A stretch of DNA of 62,183 nucleotides, filler included, from Perkinsus olseni (taxonomy: Eukaryota): NCBI GenBank assembly GCA_013115125.1. It is 5 parts of 5 records of this genome, joined end to end, with 100 filler letters (N's around TTAATTAATTAA, not from the genome) between each part and the next. Parts side by side here need not be neighbours in the genome. Positions count along the whole stretch, not along the records: positions 25,049 to 37,414 come from JABANN010000795.1; 4 more parts are not named here. One strand, given 5' to 3'. The position numbers and the translations under genes were made by a program. The notes under the pieces were generated by a model. The model was not told where the DNA came from. It made no database searches and saw only the letters and a list, made by a program, of their open reading frames with translations. This document shows positions 25,367 through 37,007 of the stretch, in pieces. Numbering within the stretch: position 1 is the first letter of the stretch; each line of letters begins with the position of its first letter.

Positions 25367-26071
25367 ATGGACAGACCGCCGCCCGGGCAGATCGTACCAG
25401 AGTCGGCGGAGCGTGCTATTGAGTAGGCTTGGCTTCTCAGTCAACAATCATAGGACAGCAGCTTCCTCAGGGATACGTTCCACCTGTGTGACGCTGATGG
25501 TGATGGATACATCACGCAAGACGAGGTCCTCATGCTCCTCAGGTGAGCACCTTCTGTTAGGTAGCGGAGCTAGTAGTCGCCTACTACTCAGGGGTCTAGG
25601 GCAAACACTCACGGAAAAAGAGGGTGCTGCATTCCTACAAGGGTTGCCGCATAAGGTCTCCCTGGATGACTTCACGGACCACTTGAGTGATGCTACTACT
25701 ACGACGCTTCTGACGGTGCCACCCAGATAAGTATTACAGACCACCGATACCTTTGGAGCGGCTTCTCGGGGCCTTCCGAGTTCTCGATCCCTCAAGGACA
25801 GGTAAGCCGCCCTCTCAAGGGTAAGGCGAACGTGACCTCAGGCGTCATCAGCGGAGAGAAATTGAAGCAACTCATCACAAGCCTCGGCGAAGGGCTGACC
25901 AACTCTGAGGTACCACTGGTGGTGTGCTGCGAGGTGGTCATTGTAGGACAGGTTGAGGGTATCTTTGCGGACATTAAGTTGGATGAAGACGGGAATGTCA
26001 ACTATGCTGAGTTGGCTGAACTGTACTCATCCCCACATATCCGGTCGGGTACTCCGAGCCCCTCAGATTGA
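25367..26071 (+). CDS. Calmodulin-like / myosin light chain EF-hand protein (multi-exon)
   Basis: 'FHLCDADGDGYITQDE', 'GLGQTLTEKE', 'AFRVLD', 'LITSLGEGLTNSE' and 'DEDGNVNYAEL'. Confidence 0.85.
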
Positions 26072-26309
26072 ACAGCGGTCCCACAGCCGTCTCCCTGGGC
26101 ACCCCTGCAACGGAGGAGATATCCAGTGATTGCCAGCTTAGTGTTCACCGACAATGACTCGCTTCTTGGCTGAGGACGGGAGTGGATGATGCCACCCCTT
26201 CATCAGTCTGTATGCAATTAACGTTTCTCGCACAGCCTCTCGCTGGCGTTCAGAGTGTCAGTATCGACTACTGTGATATCTCCTAACCGTCCAGTCGGCA
26301 GTCCTTGCC

Positions 26310-26963
26310 ATGGGGGTTAATGGCTCTCGAATGCGTCATCGACGGTCGGTGATGAGCCCGGACGGCAGGCGGCCACTCCGAGGTCGTCAAGGCGATAACG
26401 TCATACTCGAAAGCCAGGGATGGTCGGAGCCTGAGGTCACGAGGCACTCTGAAGTAGTGAGAGTACCACGTGCCACAAGCCTGCTTCCTCCTGCCAGCCT
26501 CAGCGAGGTGGTGCCCGCAAGGACCGTCTGGCGTCGATATCGACTGTTGCTACGGATCCGAGCATGGTCCATGAGTAAGGGTTGGGTGAGCATAGAATAA
26601 GGGTCTAATAGTTGCTTTGTGCAGGCCTACCGAGGCAGAGTCAATGGCCCTTCGGAAGGTGATGGAGATACACGACTCCCATTTCCCAGGTGAGGGCCAT
26701 CATGGGTGATGCTCACCAGCGTTGCTGCAGCTAATGGATACGTCCGCTATGTACCATACTTGAGCAGTAGTATCATGGACTCGGCCATCGTGAAGCGACG
26801 GGCCTCCAAGGAGAGCACCTCGGCAGCAACCAGCCGCAGGGAAGCTTCTCCAAACGTACTGTATGGCGACGCTTCACTAGCATTCTTCCGATGTGTACCT
26901 CAGACGGCCCAGTCCAGTCAGGGGGGATCGATCCAAGTTGGACGAAAGGTTGAATCATTATGA
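26310..26963 (+). CDS. Hypothetical multi-exon protein
   Basis: Short coding-like segments separated by GT-AG introns; no family recognised. Confidence 0.3.
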
Positions 26964-27072
26964 CAGGGAAGCCTGCAGCAGCATCATCATCATCACCACT
27001 GGTGTCTCTCACACTGTGTTGTATATTGGGTTACCCCTAACGCCCTATTTCCCGAGCTAATTAATACCCGTA

Positions 27073-30000
27073 ATGTCCCCCAACCCCAGCCCAGGACCGG
27101 CCGTTGACTTCTCACGAGAGAGCGGCAAGGAATCAGGGTGAGAGAACTACCACCCTCGACTCGTCGGACAGGGCCTTTCCAGCCCTTCCCCTGCTCGGAA
27201 AACGACGGATGAGCTGCTGTCTCAGCGGACAGAGGAGCTGCGCCTTCTTACGCGTAGGTTGGGGGTGTTGCGCCGACAGTTTTACACCATTTATATTCGT
27301 AATCGGCCCCTTCTGTGGCGCGGGGTGGATTGAGTTCGACGGCGTTCAGATGAAGCAGCCGAGCTGCTTGCCGAGAATAGGGAGTTACGAGGCGAGATCG
27401 CCAGGCTGAGCGATGCCCTTCGGTGAGTAGTAGAGGCCGAGGCTGGTGGTGTCCACTGTGACCTCAGAGTGGCGCTGGAGAAGCCAGGCAGCGGAGTTGC
27501 TCTAGACGAGCTACATCACTGCACTCGAGAACAGAATGATGTTCTGGACAGACAAGTGGGTTAGCGTCATCAGCGCCGTCGTGGTGGTGGTGACCAATGG
27601 GTGTCCGTTGTTGTAGAACCACCTATTGAAGGAGGAGGTGTCCAAGCTGCAAGTGAGGGACATTCCCGCGGATCCCTGCCACGGCTGCTGCTGTTCCTCC
27701 CTAGATCGCTGTGGCCCACCTGAAGGAGCAGCAGCAGGACTACAGTAACCGGTTTAACGAAGCTGATGCCAAGGCTCAGGAGGTACAGGCCCCCGGCTGC
27801 CAGGGCTCCCCTCCTCCTCATCATAATCCTCAACACGGAAATACGTACGATGCTTAGGTTGTTGAGTAGCAATACTCCCCGAGGGGAATAATAGCATCGC
27901 TCTCGTCTCGGTCTGGTCGGGTAGTGGTCTACCATATACACGCTGGCTTACCTCGATGCCTGTCCAGCCTCGCTGTATGACCTAACGGCCGGCGTTCTGT
28001 GCCGCGTTCGCACTAGTCCTATTGCTGGGGAACCCTCGTCCTCCTTTCCAGTTCGCTCGGCTGCTGGCTCGATCCGAAGAGCGTCGGTCCATTGCGGAGA
28101 CCCGACTGGAGGAGCTGTCCGCTGAGGCTCAGACGAGCGAGGAACGCCGAGCCCAGATCGAACGGGATGCTCAGGGCGACAGGTAGGTAGAAGGCACGCT
28201 GTCGAACTTCCAAGTCACACGTCCCTCAGACAGCAACGCAAAAGCCTCGAGGATTCGATACAGAACTTGCGGGAGGAGGTCCATCGGAAGACCAAGGTGA
28301 CGAGGGGCCCCATGTGGTAGTAGGAGGGCAGTAGGCCTGCAGGCACTGCAAGATGCAGAAGCCCGAGCAAGGGTGGCGGTCGATCGGGTGCGCGCAGTGG
28401 AGGCTACTAATGCTAGACGGCTGAGCTCAGTGAGCGACTCTGCCTCGCGTCTGTTGAGTTGGTGCTCCCGCAGCTCGAAGGACAAGTCGATGACTCCAAG
28501 TCCCGGATAGCCCAGCTGATGGGGGACCTGAACATTGCTCGGACCGAGGCTGAGGGCGCTCACAAGATCGTTGTGAGTGGGATTAGTCGCCGGCGGCTTC
28601 ATGAGATGGTCACATGAGTGTTCCAGAAGTCTCTCGAGAAGCGGAGGGCCGACACCCAATTCCGGTTGGATGATTGCAAGGCTGAGTTGATGGAGACACG
28701 CGATCAGCTGGCTGAGCTACAGACTGCACGCGATCGAGCCACAATACAGGTGAGGTCAGCACCCGCTCAGCCTCGGCGGCACTCCCCCAGTGTACCCGCC
28801 TACAGGAACAGGTTTTGAGTGAGAAGCTGGAGCTGGAAGTGAGGGCGAGGAAGGCTGATGTTGCTGAAGTGAAGCGCGAGGCTGCTGAGGCGGTGGCGAC
28901 GGAGAAAGAAACGTCGCGTCGAAAGTGAGCCCGGAGGGGTCGTGGAGAGCGTGGAGATCAGAATCAGCATCTTCAGGTGTGCTGATCTGGAGACTAAACT
29001 TGAGTCCGCAGATGAAGTCACTGCCAGCCTGCGAGTAATACCCCGAACTCGCATCCGCTCGGAACTGGGTGACCCGAAGCTAGCCTACTTGGTCGTCGTT
29101 CAAACGGCTCAGCAATCTCTCCATGTTCTGTGTACCGTCGTGGCTGGCCCTGCCCTCCCCATCAGGCACGTATTTGTACGCTCGAGGAGGAGGTGACCTC
29201 ATTACGGAAGGCTAATAGTGTGCTGAGCCGGGAGATCGATCGTGAGAGGGACCTCCGAAATAAAGAGGTGATGACCCTGGCCTCTCATGGCTGCGTCAAC
29301 TCCGTGTCGTCTCTGTGTTCAGTCGGACGACCTCCAGTCATCTCGTTTGGCCCTCGTCTCTGAGAACGACGAGCTAGACAAGCGGATACGAGCGCTGCGA
29401 GATGAGCTCAGTCTCGCCCAAGCCTCACTGAAAACGCAGTAGGTGTGCGCGTATGGTACTGCGAAATTGGTGAACATTCTGACGGTGTTTTGCGTGGAAT
29501 TATTTTACAGAATGAATCGTTACGCTATCTCAGAGAAGAGGTGATGGTAGCCCGACGCGCTGAAGTCGCGGGTGAGAAAGAACGACTGGCCAAACGCTGT
29601 GCGAAAGCTGAAGAGGATATCGTGGTGACAAGAAAGGAAATTGAAGTGAGCTGCTTTTGCTGCTGCACTCAGTGCGGTGTGCGGAGGATGAACAGGTGGG
29701 GCGCTCAGGCCCTACGGATAGAGAACAGCAGACTCGTAGAACAGCTAGAGAAGGAAGTCACTCATCATCGTAATGCAGTGGAGCGGAAGGAGGGGGAAGT
29801 ACAGGCGGCCGCACATCAGAATGAGGCTGAGGTGAGTCTTATGCATCACCATAGAAGATAGAAGCACGACTAGTCTGGAAAGTGAATGGCAACATATTCC
29901 GATACCAGGACTCGAACCCGGGTCGCCTGGGTGAAAGCCAGGTATCCTAACCAGCTAGACTATATCGGAGCTGTCGTTGACAAATATATCTCCGAGTCGC

Positions 30001-30283
30001 ATGTGGTCACGCGTAGCTCGTTTTTTTGCTTCCTTCCATTGCGAGCTTGCATGTGCAGCTGGTCTCTCGGCGTAAAGAAGCCGAGAAACTAAGGAAGCAA
30101 TTGGAGGGTTTGAAACAGGAATGGCTTGAACGGGAAGAGACCCTGAAGCGAAAGATGCATGAGAAAATCGAGGTGATGGATACCAATCTAATGACGATAA
30201 ATCCTGACTACAACCGTGACCAAGGACGTTCTCTAATCTCAGCATCTCGAGGGCCAAGCCTCGCGATGGCGCACTTCCAGTGA
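27073..30283 (+). CDS. Long coiled-coil protein (many short exons)
   Basis: E/K/R/L/Q-rich heptad exons such as 'ELLAENRELRGEIARL' and 'LEEEVTSLRKANSVLSREI', joined by short GT-AG introns. Confidence 0.78.
29897..29969 (-). tRNA. tRNA-Glu(TTC), antisense inside the last intron of the coiled-coil gene
   Basis: TCCGATA/TATCGGA acceptor, CCTGG-CTTTCAC-CCAGG anticodon arm, TTCGAGT T-loop, 73 nt. Confidence 0.95.
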
Positions 30284-31260
30284 ATCGTTCCGGCGGAAGA
30301 ACCAAGAGCTGGTCCGTGCCACTCTGGTAGGTCGCCTGGTTCCACCTGTGCCCGTAGTGTATTCTTCGCTTGCTTTTCCCTCGGTTGAACTCCGCGATAT
30401 TGATGCTAGCTGTTGTGGTGGTTCAGATGAACGGCCTCGAGCTGGAAGTTTAGCTCTCTTCATTGACATGCTCTGAGAAGTACATTACCTATTCTTCGTG
30501 TTGCGTTGGTTATAAGATACGAGGAAGCTTAGGAGGAGCCAATGAATAGTAGTAACGATACGAAAGTGACAGGAACTCAGTCTACATCAGCCACTCCGTC
30601 CGACTGTGTCCTCCGACCTCTGTATTGATCGGGGACTGAGAACTCCCTAAGTTTGGTAGTATGTTGTGCCCCTGATAGTTCGATCGATCGTTCATCGGCC
30701 GGTGCGGCGCTGTGAAACAGACGCCGTGAGGAGACGTTTTGACAGAGTACGCGACACGAGGTGATTACCATCAGAAGCAAAACTAGCGATTACGAGAAGA
30801 AAAGCAGTATGCAGGTTGTTCGTCCATCGCTGCGCGGAATCCGAGGTTGACGCATGCACCCAGTGCGCCGAGGGGGATCTAGTTTCGAGCGTGGAAATCA
30901 ACGTGTTCGAGATTGATTACCCTGAACGCACGCAGACGATTCGCGCGGGAAATATTCGCCGGAACTGCCCCTACCTACCGTCTCCTTCGGATACACTGTA
31001 TGCCATGCGGAGGCAGCCACAGGTCGCTCGAGGGACTCCGCCTGGTGGGGGGCCCTATATGATGGGCAGCGCAATATGCTCCCTGTAGTGATAAGGCCCC
31101 GACTGCATTCGACTTGCGAGGCCCTCCTGGGCCACCAAATCGAGCTGCTTGTGGCCTCCGACACACATATTTGTGGGCATTCCAAGCGTAGTCGACACGG
31201 GTCGTAGTGAGAGTTACCACCGCTGTCTGGCGCTTCAGTTCTGCTGCCTCGCATTGTTAT

Positions 31261-32772
31261 ATGGTAATGCTCCTTCTTGCTCCTTCCCTCCTTCGTACAT
31301 CACAAGGGTTCATCGGAGTTTTCCTCATACCAGCGGTACTTTCAGCGCAGCCACAAACTGCTTTGGTGGTCATTGAAGACGCCCTTGGCAACCAAGTTGA
31401 TATTCGGGACGTCTTCAATCGCTATCTGAGCCAGAAGGGAGAGTGGGAGGCCACTAAGACTGGGAAAATGGGCCGATTATCGAAGTGCTTCGGAGGGCCA
31501 AAAAAATCAACTGTAACGGTGAAGTTGGAGATCACCGGCATGCAGATCGTTCACGTTGGCAGCGAGGACTGCCCGGCGTCTCCTGAAGATATTTGCGATT
31601 TTGTCAAATCCGTCACGGCTCATGAAGACTACGGCACAGTCGCGTGCACAGAGAGCTCCAAGATCACTTCGTTCCCGCTTGGAGAGACTGAGACGAGTGC
31701 TTCCTTGGGCTGCCGGTGGCGTGCGGGATGGTCGCCCGAAAATATGTTAGACTATCCCCCGAATGATAGGCTGTTCGTTAATCAAACAACATTTTTCAAC
31801 GCGCTACGGATAAACGAAACGTGGAAGAGGGTCAGAACAGCTGGCCTCCCTCGGAATGATGTTGTTCTGGCTGTCCTTGACAGCGGCGTTGCGGTTGACC
31901 ATCCTGACTTGAAGGGGAGGTTGCTGAAGGGATTAGACGCGTCTGGGGGGCCTAGGGCATCGTTGAAAGATAATAACGGCCATGGAACTGCAGTTGCCGG
32001 CATCATCGCCGCCAACATCAATAACAGATTCGGAACGGCTGGAATCGCTGACAAGGTCAAAGTGCGACCGATCAGAATCACGGATCGGAGCGACAACAGA
32101 GCTGATCTCGCCAAAATAGCAAGTGCTTGGGAGGCGGCTCTCAAAACTGGCTCAACTGACATAATAGTTTACGCGTATGCAAGTCCGTTTACCCGAGAGC
32201 TGTCCTTCTTCTTCAAGCGTTTATTGAAGAAGACTGTCAAAAAGGGAATCCTGGTTGTGACAAGTGCTGTTAATTCCGACAAGGTTGACAGTTCTAGCGA
32301 AGTGTCCTTGCCCTGTGCTCTTGCCAACGGCCTTCCTGGCGTCCTCTGCGTCGCTGCAACGCTTTCCAACAAGACGACGGTCCTCGCAAATGACGCCTCT
32401 AAGCTCGCCAGCTTTGGGCTGCCCGGCACTGACATCCTCAAACTGACACCCGAGCGCGAGGGAGATGATTGGGCGTTTGTGATGGGTCGGGGCTCCTCGT
32501 TTGCGACAGCGGCTGCTGCTGGCATAGTGGGGCTGATGAAAAGCTTCAAAAACTTCTCGCCTGAAGAAACTGAAAGGATCCTGTTGAACTCGACGGAAGC
32601 TACAGTCACAACCAAATCGGGTAGCGAGATGACGTACGGCGTTCTTCGCCCTGATCTGGCAGTAACACAGGCAATAGCCGAGGTTAGGAGGTCCCGGAGA
32701 GCATTGGGTGCAGTGGGGACTGGGGCCCGGCAACAAACACGCCGTGAGCAGGCATTAGGGTGCTTCAGCTAA
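31261..32772 (+). CDS. Secreted subtilisin-like (S8) serine protease, intronless
   Basis: Hydrophobic N-terminus; 'VAVLDSGV'-type Asp motif (LAVLDSGV), 'NGHGTAVAGII' His motif, 'GSSFATAAAAG' Ser motif. Confidence 0.92.
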   Translation: MVMLLLAPSLLRTSQGFIGVFLIPAVLSAQPQTALVVIEDALGNQVDIRDVFNRYLSQKGEWEATKTGKMGRLSKCFGGPKKSTVTVKLEITGMQIVHVGSEDCPASPEDICDFVKSVTAHEDYGTVACTESSKITSFPLGETETSASLGCRWRAGWSPENMLDYPPNDRLFVNQTTFFNALRINETWKRVRTAGLPRNDVVLAVLDSGVAVDHPDLKGRLLKGLDASGGPRASLKDNNGHGTAVAGIIAANINNRFGTAGIADKVKVRPIRITDRSDNRADLAKIASAWEAALKTGSTDIIVYAYASPFTRELSFFFKRLLKKTVKKGILVVTSAVNSDKVDSSSEVSLPCALANGLPGVLCVAATLSNKTTVLANDASKLASFGLPGTDILKLTPEREGDDWAFVMGRGSSFATAAAAGIVGLMKSFKNFSPEETERILLNSTEATVTTKSGSEMTYGVLRPDLAVTQAIAEVRRSRRALGAVGTGARQQTRREQALGCFS

Positions 32773-32939
32773 GTAGTAGCAGTGCAGTACTAAGTTCTTT
32801 TCTCTACTCCCTCTGCTGTTAGGAGCATACATGTGATAGGTTGTCCTGTTCCCAACTCATTGTGTTTGTATAGTCAACAAGCATGGATGTCTCAGAAGCG
32901 GTCTTCCACTCGAGGGCGTATGCGAGGAAAGATTCTCTC

Positions 32940-32961
32940 ATTTGTTTAACAAATTTTGTTA
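32940..32961. other. Putative hAT excision footprint (8-mer ATTTGTTA)
   Basis: ATTTGTT + TAACAAAT + TTTGTTA, exact. Confidence 0.75.
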
Positions 32962-33911
32962 ATTAGTGTTGGAGCGCATCTGATCTGCCCAGTGCGCACC
33001 GCGGACGCACATTCTCTCGTCTTGCAGCGAACTTTGCAGGAAGAACATAAATCTCTGCTCATCGCGATAATCTATCGTCGATAGGTTGTCCGTCTGCGAC
33101 CACTGGCAATCAATCCCAAAGGCAAATGCAGATATCAGATAATACTTGAGCTGCGGCGGCTCAAAAGTCTAGCAGGAGTGCCAACAATAATCCACGAAAG
33201 AATCCACGAAAGAATCATGAAGTAACAGCTCCTTTGATGCATATACACACTAGCCGCGCTCAAGACTCTGGCGCCCGTCAGAAACTGTCTACTTCGCACA
33301 GGCAGGGCCGCACAGTCAACAACGAGAGGTAGGCTACCTCAGGTAGCTAATGATGGTCGAACGGAGCCGATCTACAAGCATCAATGTAGCCATCGAGAGC
33401 TAATAAATCGCAGCTATTGGCTACTGGCCAACAGGGGGCGGACAGATCCTCCTACCACAAGGTGTACGCGTGTCTTTTCCATCATGAAAAGAGGATGCAC
33501 GCATGATAACGAAGCCGGGATCGTAGCGGCTCTCTGCTGTTCACTGGCTTCGTTGCCTCCTGACAACAATCGGGTCTTTGTCATTCAGAGCGAGGCATCT
33601 TCCGAACTTCGCGCCTTGATCGGAGTTTTAGCCTGAGAAGTCATCGTGATGATCGGATTGAGTCGGGCTCGTAGGAGACAGCTGCGTCTCTCCCTGCGCC
33701 ACGATCGATTACTATGTAGCTAGATGACTGCTGCACCGTGGGACCCCACGGCAGGACTAGTGCGGCATGTCTCTTTGACAGCCAGGAGTGAACTGCGTGA
33801 TGGACCATGGAATCTGGTTATGACAGTAGCCACTGGCTAGCCCTCTCACTCCAGGCATCTCTTGTCAAACCACGTACGGTCCTTCAGTAAGTCTAGTTGA
33901 AACGCTTCTGA

Positions 33912-34643
33912 ATGGCAGCTATGATTACATCCGGGTCTACCAGTCTTCGCCTCTGTTGCTTCTCGGTGGTCGTGTATATCATCCAAGTGGCGGTGGCGAT
34001 CAGTGACAATGACATATCCGTTATCGCTGACTCCCCGCCGGGTTGCCATGGTGGTGATGACTTCCCCCCGGATCCAGGAAACATCTTCGTGGTACCGGGG
34101 GCCTGTGCCTACATTGCGGACAGCCGTAACGCAAATGGGGACACGGTGAGAAGCGTCGGAATCCAGATTACAAGTAACATCCCCGGCGTTGACGGTGAAA
34201 CCATGACGATCCAGCTCAGTCTCGACGGCGATAGCACTTACCTTGAGGCGAGTGGGTCGGTCAGCAGGATGTTCAGCGATCGTGGCATGGATTTGGTGTG
34301 GAAGCCGGCACCCCTCGATCGGGTGTTCCGTGACAGTGGTAGAGGTTTTTTCCTTGTTGATGTGCCGTCATTCATCTCTGGTGAATCAGCTAATGGCGAG
34401 AAATCTTCGACCTCATCTTACAACATCTATGGCTCCGGATCCTCTTCTGCGGTGGATCTCCATGGCTATGTAAACGGCCTAGAGGAAAATGGGGAAGTTG
34501 CCTTTGCTGCAGGTCAACGGATCAAATTTTCCCCCAGGGACGATGGCTGGAAGTTCAGTGTGAACTTTGAAGCCTCGTACGATGGCGAGCTCACTACGTG
34601 GCTCATTGCGGATGGGATTCTGCACAACCCACATGGTGGATAG
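33912..34643 (+). CDS. Putative secreted protein of unknown function, intronless
   Basis: 243-aa ORF with a hydrophobic signal-like segment 'FSVVVYIIQVAVA' and a beta-rich acidic mature region. Confidence 0.72.
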   Translation: MAAMITSGSTSLRLCCFSVVVYIIQVAVAISDNDISVIADSPPGCHGGDDFPPDPGNIFVVPGACAYIADSRNANGDTVRSVGIQITSNIPGVDGETMTIQLSLDGDSTYLEASGSVSRMFSDRGMDLVWKPAPLDRVFRDSGRGFFLVDVPSFISGESANGEKSSTSSYNIYGSGSSSAVDLHGYVNGLEENGEVAFAAGQRIKFSPRDDGWKFSVNFEASYDGELTTWLIADGILHNPHGG

Positions 34644-34654
34644 GTTGTAGTTGA

Positions 34655-34699
34655 ATGGTTGACTGAGTCAACCATGAAAGAGTCAACTTGACTCTTTCA
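34655..34699. other. Putative hAT excision footprint with two long inverted extensions (8-mer GTTGACTC)
   Basis: ATGGTTGACT-G-AGTCAACCAT overlapping TGAAAGAGTCAA-C-TTGACTCTTTCA; both perfect stems with a 1-nt centre. Confidence 0.78.
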
Positions 34700-34914
34700 A
34701 GCCCCACAGTATGTCATTCAAGGGATACCTATTTCTCCTTTGCCTGTGCCAGTCGATAGTCGACTCTGCTGCCAGTTTCGCAGGAGCAGGTTTGCGTGCT
34801 GATGCCACGGCGATAGTGTGCCATGATGACGCTCTCTCACACACTGCTAGTCGACTTCAAGTTTTTCCCATAACCCCCTTGTGAGTTGCGCTGAGAGACA
34901 GTTGGGAAGTGCCG

Positions 34915-34936
34915 CTCACTAGTAGTGAGTCACTAC
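34915..34936. other. Putative hAT excision footprint (8-mer CTCACTAC)
   Basis: CTCACTA + GTAGTGAG + TCACTAC, exact. Confidence 0.78.
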
Positions 34937-35138
34937 ACCACCTCTCCTCAAGCCTTTTTCCGAGAGATCTAGCCTTCTTGAAGGTACTGGCATTATCCGC
35001 CGTGTTCTCAACTGTGATAACGTCGGTGATGGCATGCAGAGCAGGCCCCGGGGTACCCTACGCTTTGGATACTGCTCCGAGTCCTTCTCACTCACAACTC
35101 GACTGCGATACACTTGGTAAGTTACGAGGAAACTCTAA

Positions 35139-37007
35139 TCACTGAAACGTGTCTTCCTCGACATCACTCCGCAAATGCTCGGCGATAACGCCGCCCACTA
35201 CACTAGCCGCTTGCCGTACCTGAAGCACAACCTTACACACAAGCCCTTCGTCAAAGACGCCACCTCCTCCTCCGTGGTCATGCGGCCGATGGAGAATCTC
35301 AGGGTGCCGAGGCCCCAAGACGGTTGAACTTTCATCGCATGCAGCACTGACGACAGAACATGCTCTCCACTGTGGCATGCTGAACCTGATGGAGGTGCCT
35401 CTCCACACTGAGGGCCGCCACGGCCCTCCACGCCCACCTGCGCTGATGCCGACCCGGTCACCGAGCTCCTTCACAACGTCCGCCCCCTGCATGCCTTTGA
35501 TGCTGATGCTGAGGGTATTGGCTAACACTGGGCAACTCGGGTCCTGCAGTACACCAATCAGAAAGCTCGTGAATGTACCTCACATCAAGCGGCGTGTTTA
35601 TTCGGACCGAGTCCCAAGCGCCTGGCCCGGCCTCGAGAGTAACGCCCTCCTTCAAGGCCTCCAACAGCAGCTGGCGCATCGAACTGAGGCGACGTGTGCT
35701 GACAATAGGGCGTCGGGGAACCCTCACCTCATGTGGTCCATATACATGGCGAGGTTCTCGTGTACCAACTCACAGGCCTTCCCGAAGGCTACTATCCACG
35801 GGACGTTCTCTGTTCCGCCTCTCTCGCCAAATTCCTGATATACTACGTACGATCATCAGCCATCCCATAGAGACCATTACCTGTCCGCCACCATGCATGA
35901 GCTGCTCGATGATCACGCCTGATGGAGCTACCAGTGCACCGATCCCTTTAGGTGCATAGAACTTGTGCCCGGCTAGGGTGATCAGATCGGGGTGCCCCAA
36001 AGACTCGACGGTAAGAAGGTATTTTCCTGACGTTAAGGATCAGACCATGGCGGATAGGGGCTCCTCTACCGGCGCTCTGACTCGCATCAGTGTGGACGAT
36101 GACGTTGCCGTCAACTGCCTCCACTGCAGCGACGATATCGGCGATCGGCTGGACCGTCCCAACCTCAGCATTGCCGTGTTGGATCGACACTAGCGCGGTC
36201 TGAACGGCGGCCGGATGAGGAACTGGCAAGCAAGGCCTTCAAGCGAGTTCCCCTACCTTCCCAGGCCGTATCAATGACTTCACCTTCATAGGGTCCACCC
36301 TGCCTTTGGAATCAACTGGACACACTTTACAGTCAAAGCCGTGCACACTGGCCAGCCACTTCACGATCTCAAAAACGCATACGTGCTGAGGAGGTTGACC
36401 AAGTGTCTAGGCCGTTATGGAAACGAGCGCTTCCTCACCTCAACGGCACTGATGAGTATATGGTTCCGTCCACTATCCTCCCGCTGCTTGAACGCTGCCC
36501 CCTTGATGGCCCAGTTCAGAGACTCCGTCGCCCCGGACGTGAAGAACACCTGAACGTCCCATTCATTTCTGCCCATGTTTACGAACATCAAACTCGGCAC
36601 ATGTCACCACGGAGCCACGGAGCCACGATTGCTTCCCGTGCTGCGTGCCAACAAACTAACGCTGGACTTACACTGGTATCATCGCACCCGAGTAACGTGG
36701 CGACCCTCCCTCGTGCTTCATCCACCGCGGTTCGAGCATGTCTGATCGAGATGACGAGATGGCCTTCTTTTCTCGCCCTCTACTAGTCGCGCCTCCGCCC
36801 GCCTTCGAACCCTTCTCAGTCCAGCGCATGATTCTGCCCTAGGGCCCTCTCCCGGTGTCACTACCTTCCTTTCGCATGTGAGCTGCTGGGATTTCCAAAA
36901 TGCTGACCTCCCAAATGAGGCATCAGCTCGTTCAACACCTCGCGGTCTACTGGTGTAGTTGCGTTGTAGTCGAGATAGACGAAGGGTTCGACCGAGGGCG
37001 GCATCAT
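35139..37007 (-). CDS. NifS-type PLP-dependent cysteine desulfurase / selenocysteine lyase-like (multi-exon)
   Basis: 'VYLDYNATTP', 'FGNPSS', 'FTSGATES', 'HTDASQS', 'AGHKFYAPKGIGAL', 'GGTENV', catalytic 'GSACHS' and 'LRFSIGR'. Confidence 0.93.

Noticed and set aside
33128-33142. GCAGATA-T-CAGATAA, and GGTACAC-G-GTACACC at 49384-49398, as short 7+1+7 footprints
   Set aside because: They fit the model but too few bases are constrained to separate them from chance or slippage; not counted.
33250-33266. TAGCC..GCTCAAG resembling a spliced-leader relic
   Set aside because: The middle of the leader does not match and no gene start follows.
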